A program made the position numbers and the translations under genes. Below are positions 8,027-16,592 of a stretch of DNA of 24,666 nt, piece after piece (position 1 is the first letter of the stretch; each line of letters begins with the position of its first letter). The notes beneath the pieces are model-generated. The model saw nothing but the letters and a program-made list of their open reading frames with translations, was not told the DNA's origin and did not search any database. Origin of the DNA: a virus (lineage: Duplodnaviria > Caudoviricetes). Where the stretch lies: the IMG/VR virus record IMGVR_UViG_3300044512_000110, positions 1 through 24,666 of that record; one strand, given 5' to 3'.

Positions 8027-8352
8027 GCGAAATCTTCTCTCACGTAGAAATCAATCACCTCGTAAACCGTCTCACGAGTACCACCGCTTGAGACAACCTC
8101 AATCTCGCCTTCATAGTATCCCGCGTCGATATCCAATTGGCCTGATGCGAAAATAAAGATGCAAACACCATCATCGAGGTTTTCATCGCTCGCCTGGTTG
8201 TCCATTGTGAACAATACGGTTGTGGTGTCTTTCTTTCTGAAGTGCAGCTTGATTGTTGCACCAGTGAGATCCTCAACAGCGCCCGTGTCTGAGCGCGTGA
8301 TTGTCGCCTTAATCTGTGGGCCTGTGTCACCCTGAACTAAACTGATTCCCAT
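8023..8352 (-). CDS. BppU-like baseplate upper protein / fibre adaptor N-terminal domain protein (109 aa)
   Basis: Pattern LVQGDT.P.I.ATI...DLTGATIKL.F...G.YEGEIEV...G.RETV; RBS GGAGG. Confidence 0.7.
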   Translation of the reverse strand: MGISLVQGDTGPQIKATITRSDTGAVEDLTGATIKLHFRKKDTTTVLFTMDNQASDENLDDGVCIFIFASGQLDIDAGYYEGEIEVVSSGGTRETVYEVIDFYVREDFA

Positions 8353-8377
8353 GATCGCCTCCTATAGGCTCATTATC

Positions 8378-8569
8378 TCACACATCAATGCAACCTAAGA
8401 CATCTGGCTCATTAGTTTCTGGGTTTACAAACGAGGCTATCCAATAATGCTTAACATCAGAAGATGTATCAGATTCCACCGCATTCTCTGCTAATGATGG
8501 GTTGTCATAGCTACCTATCACAACATATTCACCGTTACTTTGTTTTGTGTAACCAGCAACAATAGCCAT
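8378..8569 (-). CDS. Small hypothetical protein (63 aa) following the tail tip gene
   Basis: RBS GAGGA overlapping the gpJ stop; fills the gap in the operon on the coding strand. Confidence 0.7.
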   Translation of the reverse strand: MAIVAGYTKQSNGEYVVIGSYDNPSLAENAVESDTSSDVKHYWIASFVNPETNEPDVLGCIDV

Positions 8570-8576
8570 GTCATCC

Positions 8577-11500
8577 TCACGTCATTAAGAAAATTTGACT
8601 TTCTATAGCCGACAAACTCAATGTGCCAGATGAGCGGCCTAGCGTGTGAACTAAAACCCTATAATCTTCTGCCGCTGAACTTTTCGCGAGTGCCTGATTC
8701 AAAGGCAATGTCAGCAAAGTCGAGATAGAACCGACATCTGGTATTGGATACCTTTGAGCGCCTTGTGCGTCATCTAACCACGAGCCACTGGAAATCCATC
8801 TGTCGGCATTGTAATACAGGCTTCCTGTTGTGTATGTCGGCGTCGATTGCTGGGTGCCACTATAAATAATGCGAGTGCGATTGGTTGAACTCTTATATTC
8901 GACAGCTTTAGGCTTCGACACGTCGCTAGGTGAAGTCTGAGACTGCGCGATCCCGCCGTATGCGTCAATTTCTTTTGTATGGTTGCCGCTTATCTCAACA
9001 TAATGCGTATAAGGCGAGCCAGTTGTGCCTGATCCCACAATGCCAACAACGCCACCAATCAACGTTCCTGATGATGTGCCTTTGCTTTTCCGCTCAAATT
9101 TCATAACCAATATGCAATCATCTAGTGAAGTTGAGGGAACATATTTAACCTTTCCGTTTAGGCTTGCATATTTATTCAGGGAGCTATCGGGCGCTGGAAT
9201 TGTAAATTCAGCAAACGTATCTTCATTGTTAAAACCTTCTGGAACGCTGTGATATGGGTATACAAAAACACTAAGATTGAATACCTCTGAAACGTCGCCC
9301 GACAAGTTAGCCACTTGCAAATTGCTAATAGTTGTTTGAGATCCATCAAGCGATAAAACTTGATCATCGCTCACACCATCATCTGCAATAATAAGCTGGC
9401 CGCTTGCGTTTGTGTCTAATGTAACGCCATCAATGCTCAGTCTGTCGGCGTTTATGTTCCCAGCTGTGATGTTGTCAGCATCTATGTTGCTGACTGTGAC
9501 AGATGACGCATCAATCGTTCCTGCCGTTAAAGTTCCTAAGTCGCTGTTGATTGCCGCCAAGTTTGTGACGCTTATTTCATCTGCGCCAATAGCACCTGCT
9601 GCAATCTGTCCTGCGGTGATTGTATTGGCCGCGATTTCTGTGGCTGTAACCGCTCCAGCGGCTATTTCATTGGCTGTGACAGCATCAGCAGCAATCTCAT
9701 TAGATGAGATCGTGTCCGCCGCTATTTGTGCCGCCGTTACCGTATTTGCCGCAATCTCGTTAGCTGTGACAGCGCCAGCGGCAATTGAAGCCGTAGTAAT
9801 GGCACCAGCAGCTATCTCATCAGCAGATATGGCACCAGTTGCTATTTCATTTGCTGTGATTGTGTCCGCAGCAATCTCTGAGGCTGTAACCGTTCCAGCG
9901 GCAATCTCTGCTGCTGTGATAGTGCCAGCGGCTATTTCGCCCGCCGTGATAGCGCCAGCAGATATTTTCGCTGTGGTGATAGCATCATCAGCAATAGTTG
10001 TTTCGGTTATAGCGCCAGCAGCAATGACATCACCTTGTATCGCATCAACAGCAATCTTGGCGTTTGTAATTGCGTCATCATCAATCTGTGATGATCCGAC
10101 TGTGCTTAATGCTGCTAACGCACCAGCATCGGTGACATAACTGAGATCAATATCTTCTAACGCTGCGAGCGCGCCTGAATCAGTTACCTCAGTGAGTGTT
10201 ATCGCTTTAGTCCACTCTGTGCCGTTATAACGATAAAGATTGTTGTCTGTCGTCAAAAATGCCATGTCGCCTTGTGAGGCTGTTGAGGGCAAGGTTGAGA
10301 CAACTTGAACAGGCTGTATACCAGAAGCAAAAGCTGCAATGTCTACAGCGCCATCAGAAATTTGATCTGAGCCAACGGCGTCGTCGGCAATCTGATCACT
10401 GCCAACAGCATCATTAGCAATTTGATCACTTCCCACGGCATCATCTGCAATCTGATCTGAGCCAATTGCGTTGTCGCCTATGTCTGTTGCAGACACCTCA
10501 ACGGAAGTGCCGTTAAAACTTGCTGTGGCGGCTGATTTGTTACCAGAGAAGTCCACAGCCTTCAGCCAGAAATAACGCGTCTGAGCGCCCGACAAGCCCG
10601 TTACGATGTATTCCTCACCGTCTACCACAGCCGTTGGTGATGCTGGGATACTATCGGAGGTATTCACAAACACTTCTGTGTGCTTGAAATCAATATCACT
10701 AGGGTTGTCCCACTCAGCGGTGATCGTTTGCACGCCGCCGGTTGCCGCGCCCCCTGATGGTGCGCTTGGTGCAGTCGTGTCCCCATTCAGTGCTTGATCG
10801 GTGAGTGTCGTGCCGGTGCTGGATACGCCGAGAAGATTCTGCGCTTGCACGCGGAAATCATAGTTCGATGTGATGTCTAATCCTGATATGTATACGCGCG
10901 GCTCACGCGATTCAGCATACAAATAATCAGTTGTTCCGTTCTTGTTATAACGGATTTTATAGAACTCAATGAATGCGTCATCAGGCTCAGTCCAAGTAAG
11001 CTCAACAGCGCTGAGAACCTGCCCATCTGGGCCTTGAAAGCCGATCTCTGTGAACGCCAGGCTTGTGACGTTATCGACAGTGCGCCCATCATATAAATCA
11101 AGCTCACCGCCAGCTAAAAAGTCCACCTCATCTGAGGTTGTCCAATCATAAACAGCCGCAGCGGTTTCAATTAGCGTGAGCTTTACAGCAGATTCACCAC
11201 TGCCAGTAATGATCAATTCATAATCAATCACCTCAAATACTTTATCGCTATATCCGAGACGCTCATTTGTGATGTTTACGGTATCGCCAACCTTAACTTT
11301 CAGGCCCGATAAGTTGACTGTGAATGACAGCACTACCTGCTGGCGTGATTTAAGTAGTGCAATCTTTGCAATCCGCTGTGCTTGCAGATTGTTAGTCACA
11401 AACGGCAGAGGCATATCAAGATTAATCTGTGCGCCGTCATCAACAATGCTAGATGACGCTGTGCCTGTGGTGGTACTACTACCTGCCCCGGTAGCTGTGA

Positions 11501-12683
11501 ACTCTACACCAACAGCATTAGATGAGGCACCAATAGCTGTGAAATCAGTCGTGCCAACAAAAAGGATTTTATAAGTTGTTCCAATTACAAAATTACCGGC
11601 TGTTGTTTTTAATATCTGAGCAGGATAATCAAGCAGCTTGTAATTCTTTTCCTCAGATATGAATGAGCCTTTTACACCGTTATATAACTGGCGGCGTGAT
11701 TGCTTTGTTTGAATCGTTATCGCACTGATAGTGTTTGACTCATCAAATGAGAAAGTGGGCGCGACATACTCCGCACCCTGGATAAAATACTTGCCGTTTG
11801 AGTAAGCGATACGCCCACCCATAGCTGACAGCAGGTTTTCGATATTCGCTTTGATTTGATTTGACGTGTCGATAACACCATTGCATTCATAGCGAGTTTG
11901 AGTGCCGCCGTTGATCGCTACGCTTTCATCACAAAGATCAGCCGCAGCCTCAAGCGCATCAGAGTCAATGTTGGCATTTATCTCACCTAAGCCATAAGTG
12001 CTATCGAGCAAATAATCGCGGACACACAGCGCCGGGTTTGTGCTGTAGCCGGTGACATTTGTACGAGGATCAAAAACTCGCTTCCCTCTGATAACTGCCG
12101 TGATATTTGGTACGCCTTGAGGAAACTTGTCTTGATTCCATTCGAGTTTGAATGCGATATATGCAATGCCACTTAGCTTGTGATCTGATGTCCACTGACT
12201 GATAGGGGTAAGAAGGTCAGAGGCCGTTTGTCCTGCCGTACCTAGCTTAGTGGTGTCCATTGTGACGTAAGTACCCCAATCGTCTTGGAAACCACCTGAT
12301 GCTGTCCAAATCTTATTGTCGTTAAACCACACCTCATCATATGCGGTGATGTAATGAGTAGCGAAAACGACAGCGACGTGCAGGTATTTATTGTCAGTTC
12401 CTGAGTGAGCGATGAAAACGACGTTGCCACCAACACGCACTTTCCCATAAATTATTTTGCGGGGTGCAGCGGCATCTCGTGTAGTGATAGTTGTTCCGCG
12501 CATAGCAGCGCCAATATCGACTTTCGGAACTAACGCCTTTGATATCGCACTAACACCAGCACCCAACGCAAACGCGGCAGCGAAGCCAAAGGCTGTGATG
12601 CTATAGGCAGCACCTAGCACGAGAGGCACAGCAATTGATGCGCCTACCGCTGTGACTAACCCGACAACTGCACTTACCGCCAT
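8577..12683 (-). CDS. Tail tip / central fibre protein, lambda gpJ-like, with FN3-like domains and repeats (1368 aa)
   Basis: Motifs PRKIIYGKVRVGG, HKLSGIAYI, GVPNITAVIRG.RVFDPR, NPALCVRDYL..YGLG, RYECNGVID and GLKVKVGDTV; FN3-like segments (LTWTEP...YDFRVQAQN; YFWLKAVDFSGNKS); position after the tape measure/Dit/hub genes. Confidence 0.9.
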   Translation of the reverse strand: MAVSAVVGLVTAVGASIAVPLVLGAAYSITAFGFAAAFALGAGVSAISKALVPKVDIGAAMRGTTITTRDAAAPRKIIYGKVRVGGNVVFIAHSGTDNKYLHVAVVFATHYITAYDEVWFNDNKIWTASGGFQDDWGTYVTMDTTKLGTAGQTASDLLTPISQWTSDHKLSGIAYIAFKLEWNQDKFPQGVPNITAVIRGKRVFDPRTNVTGYSTNPALCVRDYLLDSTYGLGEINANIDSDALEAAADLCDESVAINGGTQTRYECNGVIDTSNQIKANIENLLSAMGGRIAYSNGKYFIQGAEYVAPTFSFDESNTISAITIQTKQSRRQLYNGVKGSFISEEKNYKLLDYPAQILKTTAGNFVIGTTYKILFVGTTDFTAIGASSNAVGVEFTATGAGSSTTTGTASSSIVDDGAQINLDMPLPFVTNNLQAQRIAKIALLKSRQQVVLSFTVNLSGLKVKVGDTVNITNERLGYSDKVFEVIDYELIITGSGESAVKLTLIETAAAVYDWTTSDEVDFLAGGELDLYDGRTVDNVTSLAFTEIGFQGPDGQVLSAVELTWTEPDDAFIEFYKIRYNKNGTTDYLYAESREPRVYISGLDITSNYDFRVQAQNLLGVSSTGTTLTDQALNGDTTAPSAPSGGAATGGVQTITAEWDNPSDIDFKHTEVFVNTSDSIPASPTAVVDGEEYIVTGLSGAQTRYFWLKAVDFSGNKSAATASFNGTSVEVSATDIGDNAIGSDQIADDAVGSDQIANDAVGSDQIADDAVGSDQISDGAVDIAAFASGIQPVQVVSTLPSTASQGDMAFLTTDNNLYRYNGTEWTKAITLTEVTDSGALAALEDIDLSYVTDAGALAALSTVGSSQIDDDAITNAKIAVDAIQGDVIAAGAITETTIADDAITTAKISAGAITAGEIAAGTITAAEIAAGTVTASEIAADTITANEIATGAISADEIAAGAITTASIAAGAVTANEIAANTVTAAQIAADTISSNEIAADAVTANEIAAGAVTATEIAANTITAGQIAAGAIGADEISVTNLAAINSDLGTLTAGTIDASSVTVSNIDADNITAGNINADRLSIDGVTLDTNASGQLIIADDGVSDDQVLSLDGSQTTISNLQVANLSGDVSEVFNLSVFVYPYHSVPEGFNNEDTFAEFTIPAPDSSLNKYASLNGKVKYVPSTSLDDCILVMKFERKSKGTSSGTLIGGVVGIVGSGTTGSPYTHYVEISGNHTKEIDAYGGIAQSQTSPSDVSKPKAVEYKSSTNRTRIIYSGTQQSTPTYTTGSLYYNADRWISSGSWLDDAQGAQRYPIPDVGSISTLLTLPLNQALAKSSAAEDYRVLVHTLGRSSGTLSLSAIESQIFLMT
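9570..10480 (-). repeat. 10-aa (30-bp) degenerate coding repeats in the tail tip protein
   Basis: About five DDAVGSDQIA units (~10350-10480), a duplicated VTD[SA]GALAAL, then a long run of AG[AT][IV]TAxEIA units (~9570-10090). Confidence 0.9.
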
Positions 12684-12686
12684 TGT

Positions 12687-13136
12687 TTACCTCACGCACT
12701 TAGCGTAAACACGCTCAATGTTCTCAAAGCCTTGACGCTCAAGAATGCGATCAAAAGGCTGATGAATCTTTGTATTGATGTTGATCTGTCGCACGCCTTC
12801 GCGCTCCAGACACTCCACCGCATATTTAATCAGTTTAATCCCGGTAAAGCCCTCACGCACGTCGGCTCTCAAAAATATGATGTCATTGTTTGCAAAGATG
12901 TGATCCTTGTAATGCAACGATGGGCCAACGATCAACACAAAATAACCGAGTAAATCGCCATCTTTTCGCGCTGTGTAAACACGCAACTTGCCAGCGGTAT
13001 CAAGTGCAGCGTAAGCCTCCCAATCTGGGTTTAGCTTGATGACATCTTGATTGAGCGCTATTTCTTCCCAATGCTCTTCAATGAGCGGCTTGATCTCATC
13101 TTTTACTTGGGTGAATGACTCGTGAGCAAATTCCAT
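12687..13136 (-). CDS. GNAT-fold acetyltransferase-like protein within the tail module (149 aa)
   Basis: GNAT-like pattern VYTARKDGDLLGYFV...DIIFLRADVREGFTGIKLIKYA..CLEREGV...ILERQGF...ERVY, with a degenerate acetyl-CoA motif R-x-G-x-x-G. Confidence 0.7.
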   Translation of the reverse strand: MEFAHESFTQVKDEIKPLIEEHWEEIALNQDVIKLNPDWEAYAALDTAGKLRVYTARKDGDLLGYFVLIVGPSLHYKDHIFANNDIIFLRADVREGFTGIKLIKYAVECLEREGVRQININTKIHQPFDRILERQGFENIERVYAKCVR

Positions 13137-13771
13137 TATCTATGCTGCCCACCATGTGGCTGTTCATCGCCGCCACCGCCGCCTCCGCCGCCTCCGCCGC
13201 CACTACCGGCTTGAGTGCGGCCCCAAACAATTTCTTTTTCAGCCATTTCTGCGACGAATTCCAAGCCTTTATCATTTGGGTAATCAATCTTTTGATCCTC
13301 AGATGTGTACCGGCGTTGACGCGAGCGCTCAAACTCAATCAGCCTGTTCTCAACAGTGACTTTGATTATTGAGGTATCACCAGAATCGGTAATTGTCATG
13401 GTATCCATGAAACCAGAGAAGATCACAAAAGGATTGCTGATCAGCGAGTTGCTTGAGTTCATAGTGCCAAGCAATACCTTTAACTCGCGCCCTTGGTAGT
13501 CCTCATCACGCGCTTTAGACAATAGCGGTTCAGTGACGCCTGACAGCTGTAAAGTTGCGCCGTTAGCCTGTAATTCAGTCGATTCTTTAATGCCGCTCAC
13601 AGCCAGCAATGTTCCCGCGCCAACGTATGTGACGCCGCCAGCGGTTAAGCTACCGATGCCGCCCCAGAGATTGAGATTGCCAGAATCAAACGCGCACTGA
13701 ACAAAAAGAACTGGGCGAACGACATCAGCCGATACCGCATTGGCAACCGCTGTTGGTAGTCCGCGACTCAT
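13136..13771 (-). CDS. Minor tail protein, tail hub / gpL-position (211 aa)
   Basis: Motifs LWGG.G.L...G.TY.GAG.LL, FSGFMDTM, RRYT.EDQK..YP.DKGLEFV...EIVWG; position between Dit and tip; poly-Gly C-terminal tail. Confidence 0.75.
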   Translation of the reverse strand: MSRGLPTAVANAVSADVVRPVLFVQCAFDSGNLNLWGGIGSLTAGGVTYVGAGTLLAVSGIKESTELQANGATLQLSGVTEPLLSKARDEDYQGRELKVLLGTMNSSNSLISNPFVIFSGFMDTMTITDSGDTSIIKVTVENRLIEFERSRQRRYTSEDQKIDYPNDKGLEFVAEMAEKEIVWGRTQAGSGGGGGGGGGGGDEQPHGGQHR

Positions 13772-14307
13772 AACGCCTCAACACAAGCAAACGTGAATGA
13801 ATAAAAGCTAGATTTATCAATGTCCCACTCAATATCATTAGATGATAAACGCCAGGTGCCTTTAGGCAATGTGAAATCAAGCTGTGTCGATGATGAGATT
13901 GCCGCTCTCAACGGTGGCATGATGTCAAATGTCGATGAATCAATGCCGGTAATAATGTAAAGCGCAGAGCCTGTTTCAAAGTAATCGCCCACAACGGCGT
14001 TGCTCAACGTACCTGTCACTGTTGTTGCGTTAGCCGCACCACTGGTGATTGTTCCTGTCGCTGTCGTTGTATGTAGCGGGTTGCCCATTGTGAACGTGCC
14101 AGATTGCCCGCGTAATGACGCAAAGAATCCTTCAACTTGCTTTGCCTCAGAGCGCGCAAGCGGTGGCAAAGTCACCTCAGCCTCCCAGCGAACGCCTTGA
14201 TGTTCATGCACCTGCTGATCGAATGTGAATGGCGATGTGCTGATTTGCGTGGCCGACTTAAGCCGCATCGTCATCTTTTCAAAGCCTACACTTGGAAACG
14301 CTGCCAT
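13768..14307 (-). CDS. Distal tail protein (Dit)-like minor tail protein (179 aa)
   Basis: Immediately follows the tape measure gene; motifs SPFTFDQQV..H.G.RWEAEVTLPPL and LRGQSGTF. The ATG at 14307, just after the TMP stop, is preferred to 14343. Confidence 0.75.
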   Translation of the reverse strand: MAAFPSVGFEKMTMRLKSATQISTSPFTFDQQVHEHQGVRWEAEVTLPPLARSEAKQVEGFFASLRGQSGTFTMGNPLHTTTATGTITSGAANATTVTGTLSNAVVGDYFETGSALYIITGIDSSTFDIMPPLRAAISSSTQLDFTLPKGTWRLSSNDIEWDIDKSSFYSFTFACVEAL

Positions 14308-14308
14308 C

Positions 14309-16117
14309 TTATGCCCCCAAAGCCCGCGAATACCCGCCGCCACGCATCCTAGAATCCGCCACAGCCGCTTTTGCGGCCTCAGTGATAGCTGGAAGCATAT
14401 TTGCGATTTCGGCTCTTACAGTCTGTTGAATACCCGTTGTGACGTTAATCGTCTGTTGCACAATCACCTTCTCGCCACCGCCCTTTGTATGATCAATCAC
14501 CGACTCATTGGGGTGCAAGATAGCCGGGAAGCCACCCTTGCCGTCGATGCCTCCAGCGCGAGCGCCCATGCCAGTGAAACCACCCCCCTCAAAGCTCTGA
14601 GAGCGGATCTGAGCGACTTGCGCTAAACCACTAGCCACAACAGCAGCGGCCATTGCAAAGTTGATTGGCGGTGGGAATGATGCGAGCGCTTTAGTCGCAC
14701 CCGTGTATGTATTCATCACAGCCTGGGCGATCTGAACGCCCTGCTGGAGTCTGAATGCGGCTTTGTTGTGCTTGGCGATACCGGCTAACTGCTGATCTAG
14801 GCCGCCCAAAACAATCTGTGTTTGTTCCATAGTTGACTTGCGCTTGAAGTCTTTCAGCGCTTGCTCGCCTTCCATGCGTGCTTTAGTCACTGGATCCATT
14901 TGCGTCACAGCCGGTGGTATCTGAGCATCTGCCTCAGCCGCAACCACAGCCGGTGCGTTAGCAGCAATCACCTCAGCTGTCTCACGCGCCTTAGCCTGGA
15001 CACCATCAAACCATGCCTCAATCGCATCAGATGGTGGTGCCTCAGCCATCTCCGCAAGCTCAATCTTAAGCGTGTCGCCCATCTGCCTCAGTGATTCAGC
15101 GGTATTCCTAAACGATTGCCCAATATTATCCTCAATCGTACCCATACCGAAGAATTCAGCAACTTTGTTGTATTGCTTAATCAGAAAATCAGCAGCATCA
15201 CCAATGACTGAGAAGTGGCCGACAATCGCTTGCGCCAGTCGAGTCATCAAGAACTGAATGCCTTTAATCAGTATTTTTAGCCCGTGGATAGCATCTGCCA
15301 AGACGCCAAAACCTTTCACGAGCAACTCAGCGACTCGATTACCGATGTTGCCGAATCCCTCAGTATCCAATGCTGTCTGATAGAAGTTAGCGGCAAGCTC
15401 GCTGATAGCCGGTGATAGAGCAACCGTTACCTGATTAGCCAAGCCCTCAAAGACGCCCTTAGCGCGTGTCACATTATCGTTGGCTTGTTCAATCTGTGCG
15501 GCATCAACGCGACTGAGACTAATGCCTAGTTTCTCAGCCTCCGCCGCCATCTTTTTCAGCCCATCAGAGCCACCGGCAAGCGTGTTGACTAATGCCACAC
15601 CCTCACTATCAAAGAGCTTCATCGCGAGCCTTACGCGATCTGATTGCTTTTCAACGCCTTGCATAGCATCAGCGACAACTTGCATCTGCTGATCTAGTGG
15701 AAGTTTTGCGAGAGCGGCGGCGTTGATGTTTAGCTCTTCAAGTGCGCCTTTAGCCTCACCCGTACCCACAGCGGCCTCCGCAACGCGCCTTGTCATGCGT
15801 TGCAGTGCCATGTTCATCGTGTCTGTTCCGACACCAGTGAGTTCAGCGGCGTGCTGTAAGCCAGCAAGCGCCTCAGTTGTTACGCCCAGCTTATCAGCGG
15901 TTTTAGCAAGGTTGTCGATAGCGCTAAGACGCATCTTAACCATCGCAGCGGTTGCGGCAGCGCCAGCGGTTGCAAAAGCCACGCCAATCTTGGCAGTTCG
16001 TTTAACAGTCTTGGCAGCGGCTTTGTTTAGCGTTGTAAGGTTGCGAGTTACGGAATCAAACGCCTTTTGCGTTTTATTCTTAGCCGTAATGTCAATCTGA
16101 GCGTTCATCCGACTCAT
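14309..16117 (-). CDS. Tail tape measure protein (602 aa)
   Basis: Long Ala/Leu-rich helical ORF after the chaperone; motifs IDITAKNKT..AF, IDNLAKTADKLGVTTEAL and C-terminal FEGGG..G...GG.DGKGGFPAILHPNE.V.DH. Confidence 0.92.
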   Translation of the reverse strand: MSRMNAQIDITAKNKTQKAFDSVTRNLTTLNKAAAKTVKRTAKIGVAFATAGAAATAAMVKMRLSAIDNLAKTADKLGVTTEALAGLQHAAELTGVGTDTMNMALQRMTRRVAEAAVGTGEAKGALEELNINAAALAKLPLDQQMQVVADAMQGVEKQSDRVRLAMKLFDSEGVALVNTLAGGSDGLKKMAAEAEKLGISLSRVDAAQIEQANDNVTRAKGVFEGLANQVTVALSPAISELAANFYQTALDTEGFGNIGNRVAELLVKGFGVLADAIHGLKILIKGIQFLMTRLAQAIVGHFSVIGDAADFLIKQYNKVAEFFGMGTIEDNIGQSFRNTAESLRQMGDTLKIELAEMAEAPPSDAIEAWFDGVQAKARETAEVIAANAPAVVAAEADAQIPPAVTQMDPVTKARMEGEQALKDFKRKSTMEQTQIVLGGLDQQLAGIAKHNKAAFRLQQGVQIAQAVMNTYTGATKALASFPPPINFAMAAAVVASGLAQVAQIRSQSFEGGGFTGMGARAGGIDGKGGFPAILHPNESVIDHTKGGGEKVIVQQTINVTTGIQQTVRAEIANMLPAITEAAKAAVADSRMRGGGYSRALGA

Positions 16118-16260
16118 TTATTCGCTTCCTTTAATTTAAACCACGCAATCCAACCTAGATATTCCCTCATATCCATCGCTTCGATTTCGCCGACTGTTTT
16201 GCTTAGGGATTCCGCAAGATGAAAGCGAAATTGCAAGTCATAGTCGGTTCTCAGTTTCCC
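16114..16260 (-). CDS. -1 frameshift extension (gpT-like part) of the tail assembly chaperone; full GT-like product ~158 aa (16114..16589)
   Basis: The -1 frame after G GGA AAC is open: KLRTDYDLQFRFHLAESLSKTVGEIEAMDMREYLGWIAWFKLKEANK*. Its TGA (16114-16116) overlaps the tape measure ATG. Absent from the ORF track. Confidence 0.85.
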   Translation of the reverse strand, partial: GKLRTDYDLQFRFHLAESLSKTVGEIEAMDMREYLGWIAWFKLKEANK

Positions 16261-16589
16261 GCGACTTCATCCTCATCGGGATCGTTAGCGCTAATGTCAC
16301 CCACAACACGAGCAAGCACATCAGGATCAACGTGGCGCATAAGTTCAGTCTTATCAGCTTTCCTGAAGATGGGCGTACCCTCTTCATTAATAAGACGATA
16401 GATCAGCGTCATTGCCATAGCCTCAGCAGTCTTGCCGCTTTGACTAAGTTCCAGAATCTCGCCCATCTGTGCAAGATTGATCCCTGGCTTTACATAAGCT
16501 GTGGTTTCCCACTCAGGGATCTCAATCTTTGACGGACTCGCGCTGAGAAGAGCCTTATAATGGCCCTTTGCCTTATCTAAGACACTCAT
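16251..16589 (-). CDS. Tail assembly chaperone, lambda gpG-like (112 aa)
   Basis: Lies between tail tube and tape measure; motifs IEIPEW and DPDVLARV; ends in the slippery sequence GCG GGA AAC TGA. Confidence 0.85.
   Translation of the reverse strand: MSVLDKAKGHYKALLSASPSKIEIPEWETTAYVKPGINLAQMGEILELSQSGKTAEAMAMTLIYRLINEEGTPIFRKADKTELMRHVDPDVLARVVGDISANDPDEDEVAGN
16254..16260 (-). promoter_or_regulatory. Programmed -1 ribosomal frameshift heptamer GGGAAAC
   Basis: X XXY YYZ heptamer correctly phased in the last two codons (Gly-Asn) of the chaperone; analogous to lambda G/T GGGAAAG. Confidence 0.88.
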
Positions 16590-16592
16590 GCG

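Noticed and set aside
8357-8370. Small dyad (GCCT-ATAGG-AGGC / CCTATAGG) over the RBS of the BppU-like gene
   Set aside because: The stem is only 4 bp, too weak to distinguish from chance.
9412-10140. 242-aa plus-strand ORF, and similar antisense ORFs (e.g. 408..749, 5782..6045, 6532..6966, 7578..7934, 15723..16100, 18408..19052, 20550..21155)
   Set aside because: They are antisense shadows of well-supported minus-strand genes; repetitive Ala/Thr/Ile codons leave the opposite frame open, and they show no RBS or recognisable motifs.
9570-10480. 30-bp periodicity resembling a CRISPR array
   Set aside because: The units are degenerate at third codon positions, contiguous without unique spacers, and lie in frame within the tail tip gene; no cas genes are present.
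13096-13372. Alternative-frame ORFs with Ala or Arg runs (13096..13338, 13115..13372, 13156..13359)
   Set aside because: They are by-products of the poly-Gly GGC repeat in the hub gene.
14308-14343. ORF-track start at 14343 for the Dit-like gene (likewise 18125 for the 72-aa gene)
   Set aside because: The extensions overlap the upstream gene or terminator; downstream ATGs at 14307 and 18113 fit coupling or RBS position better.
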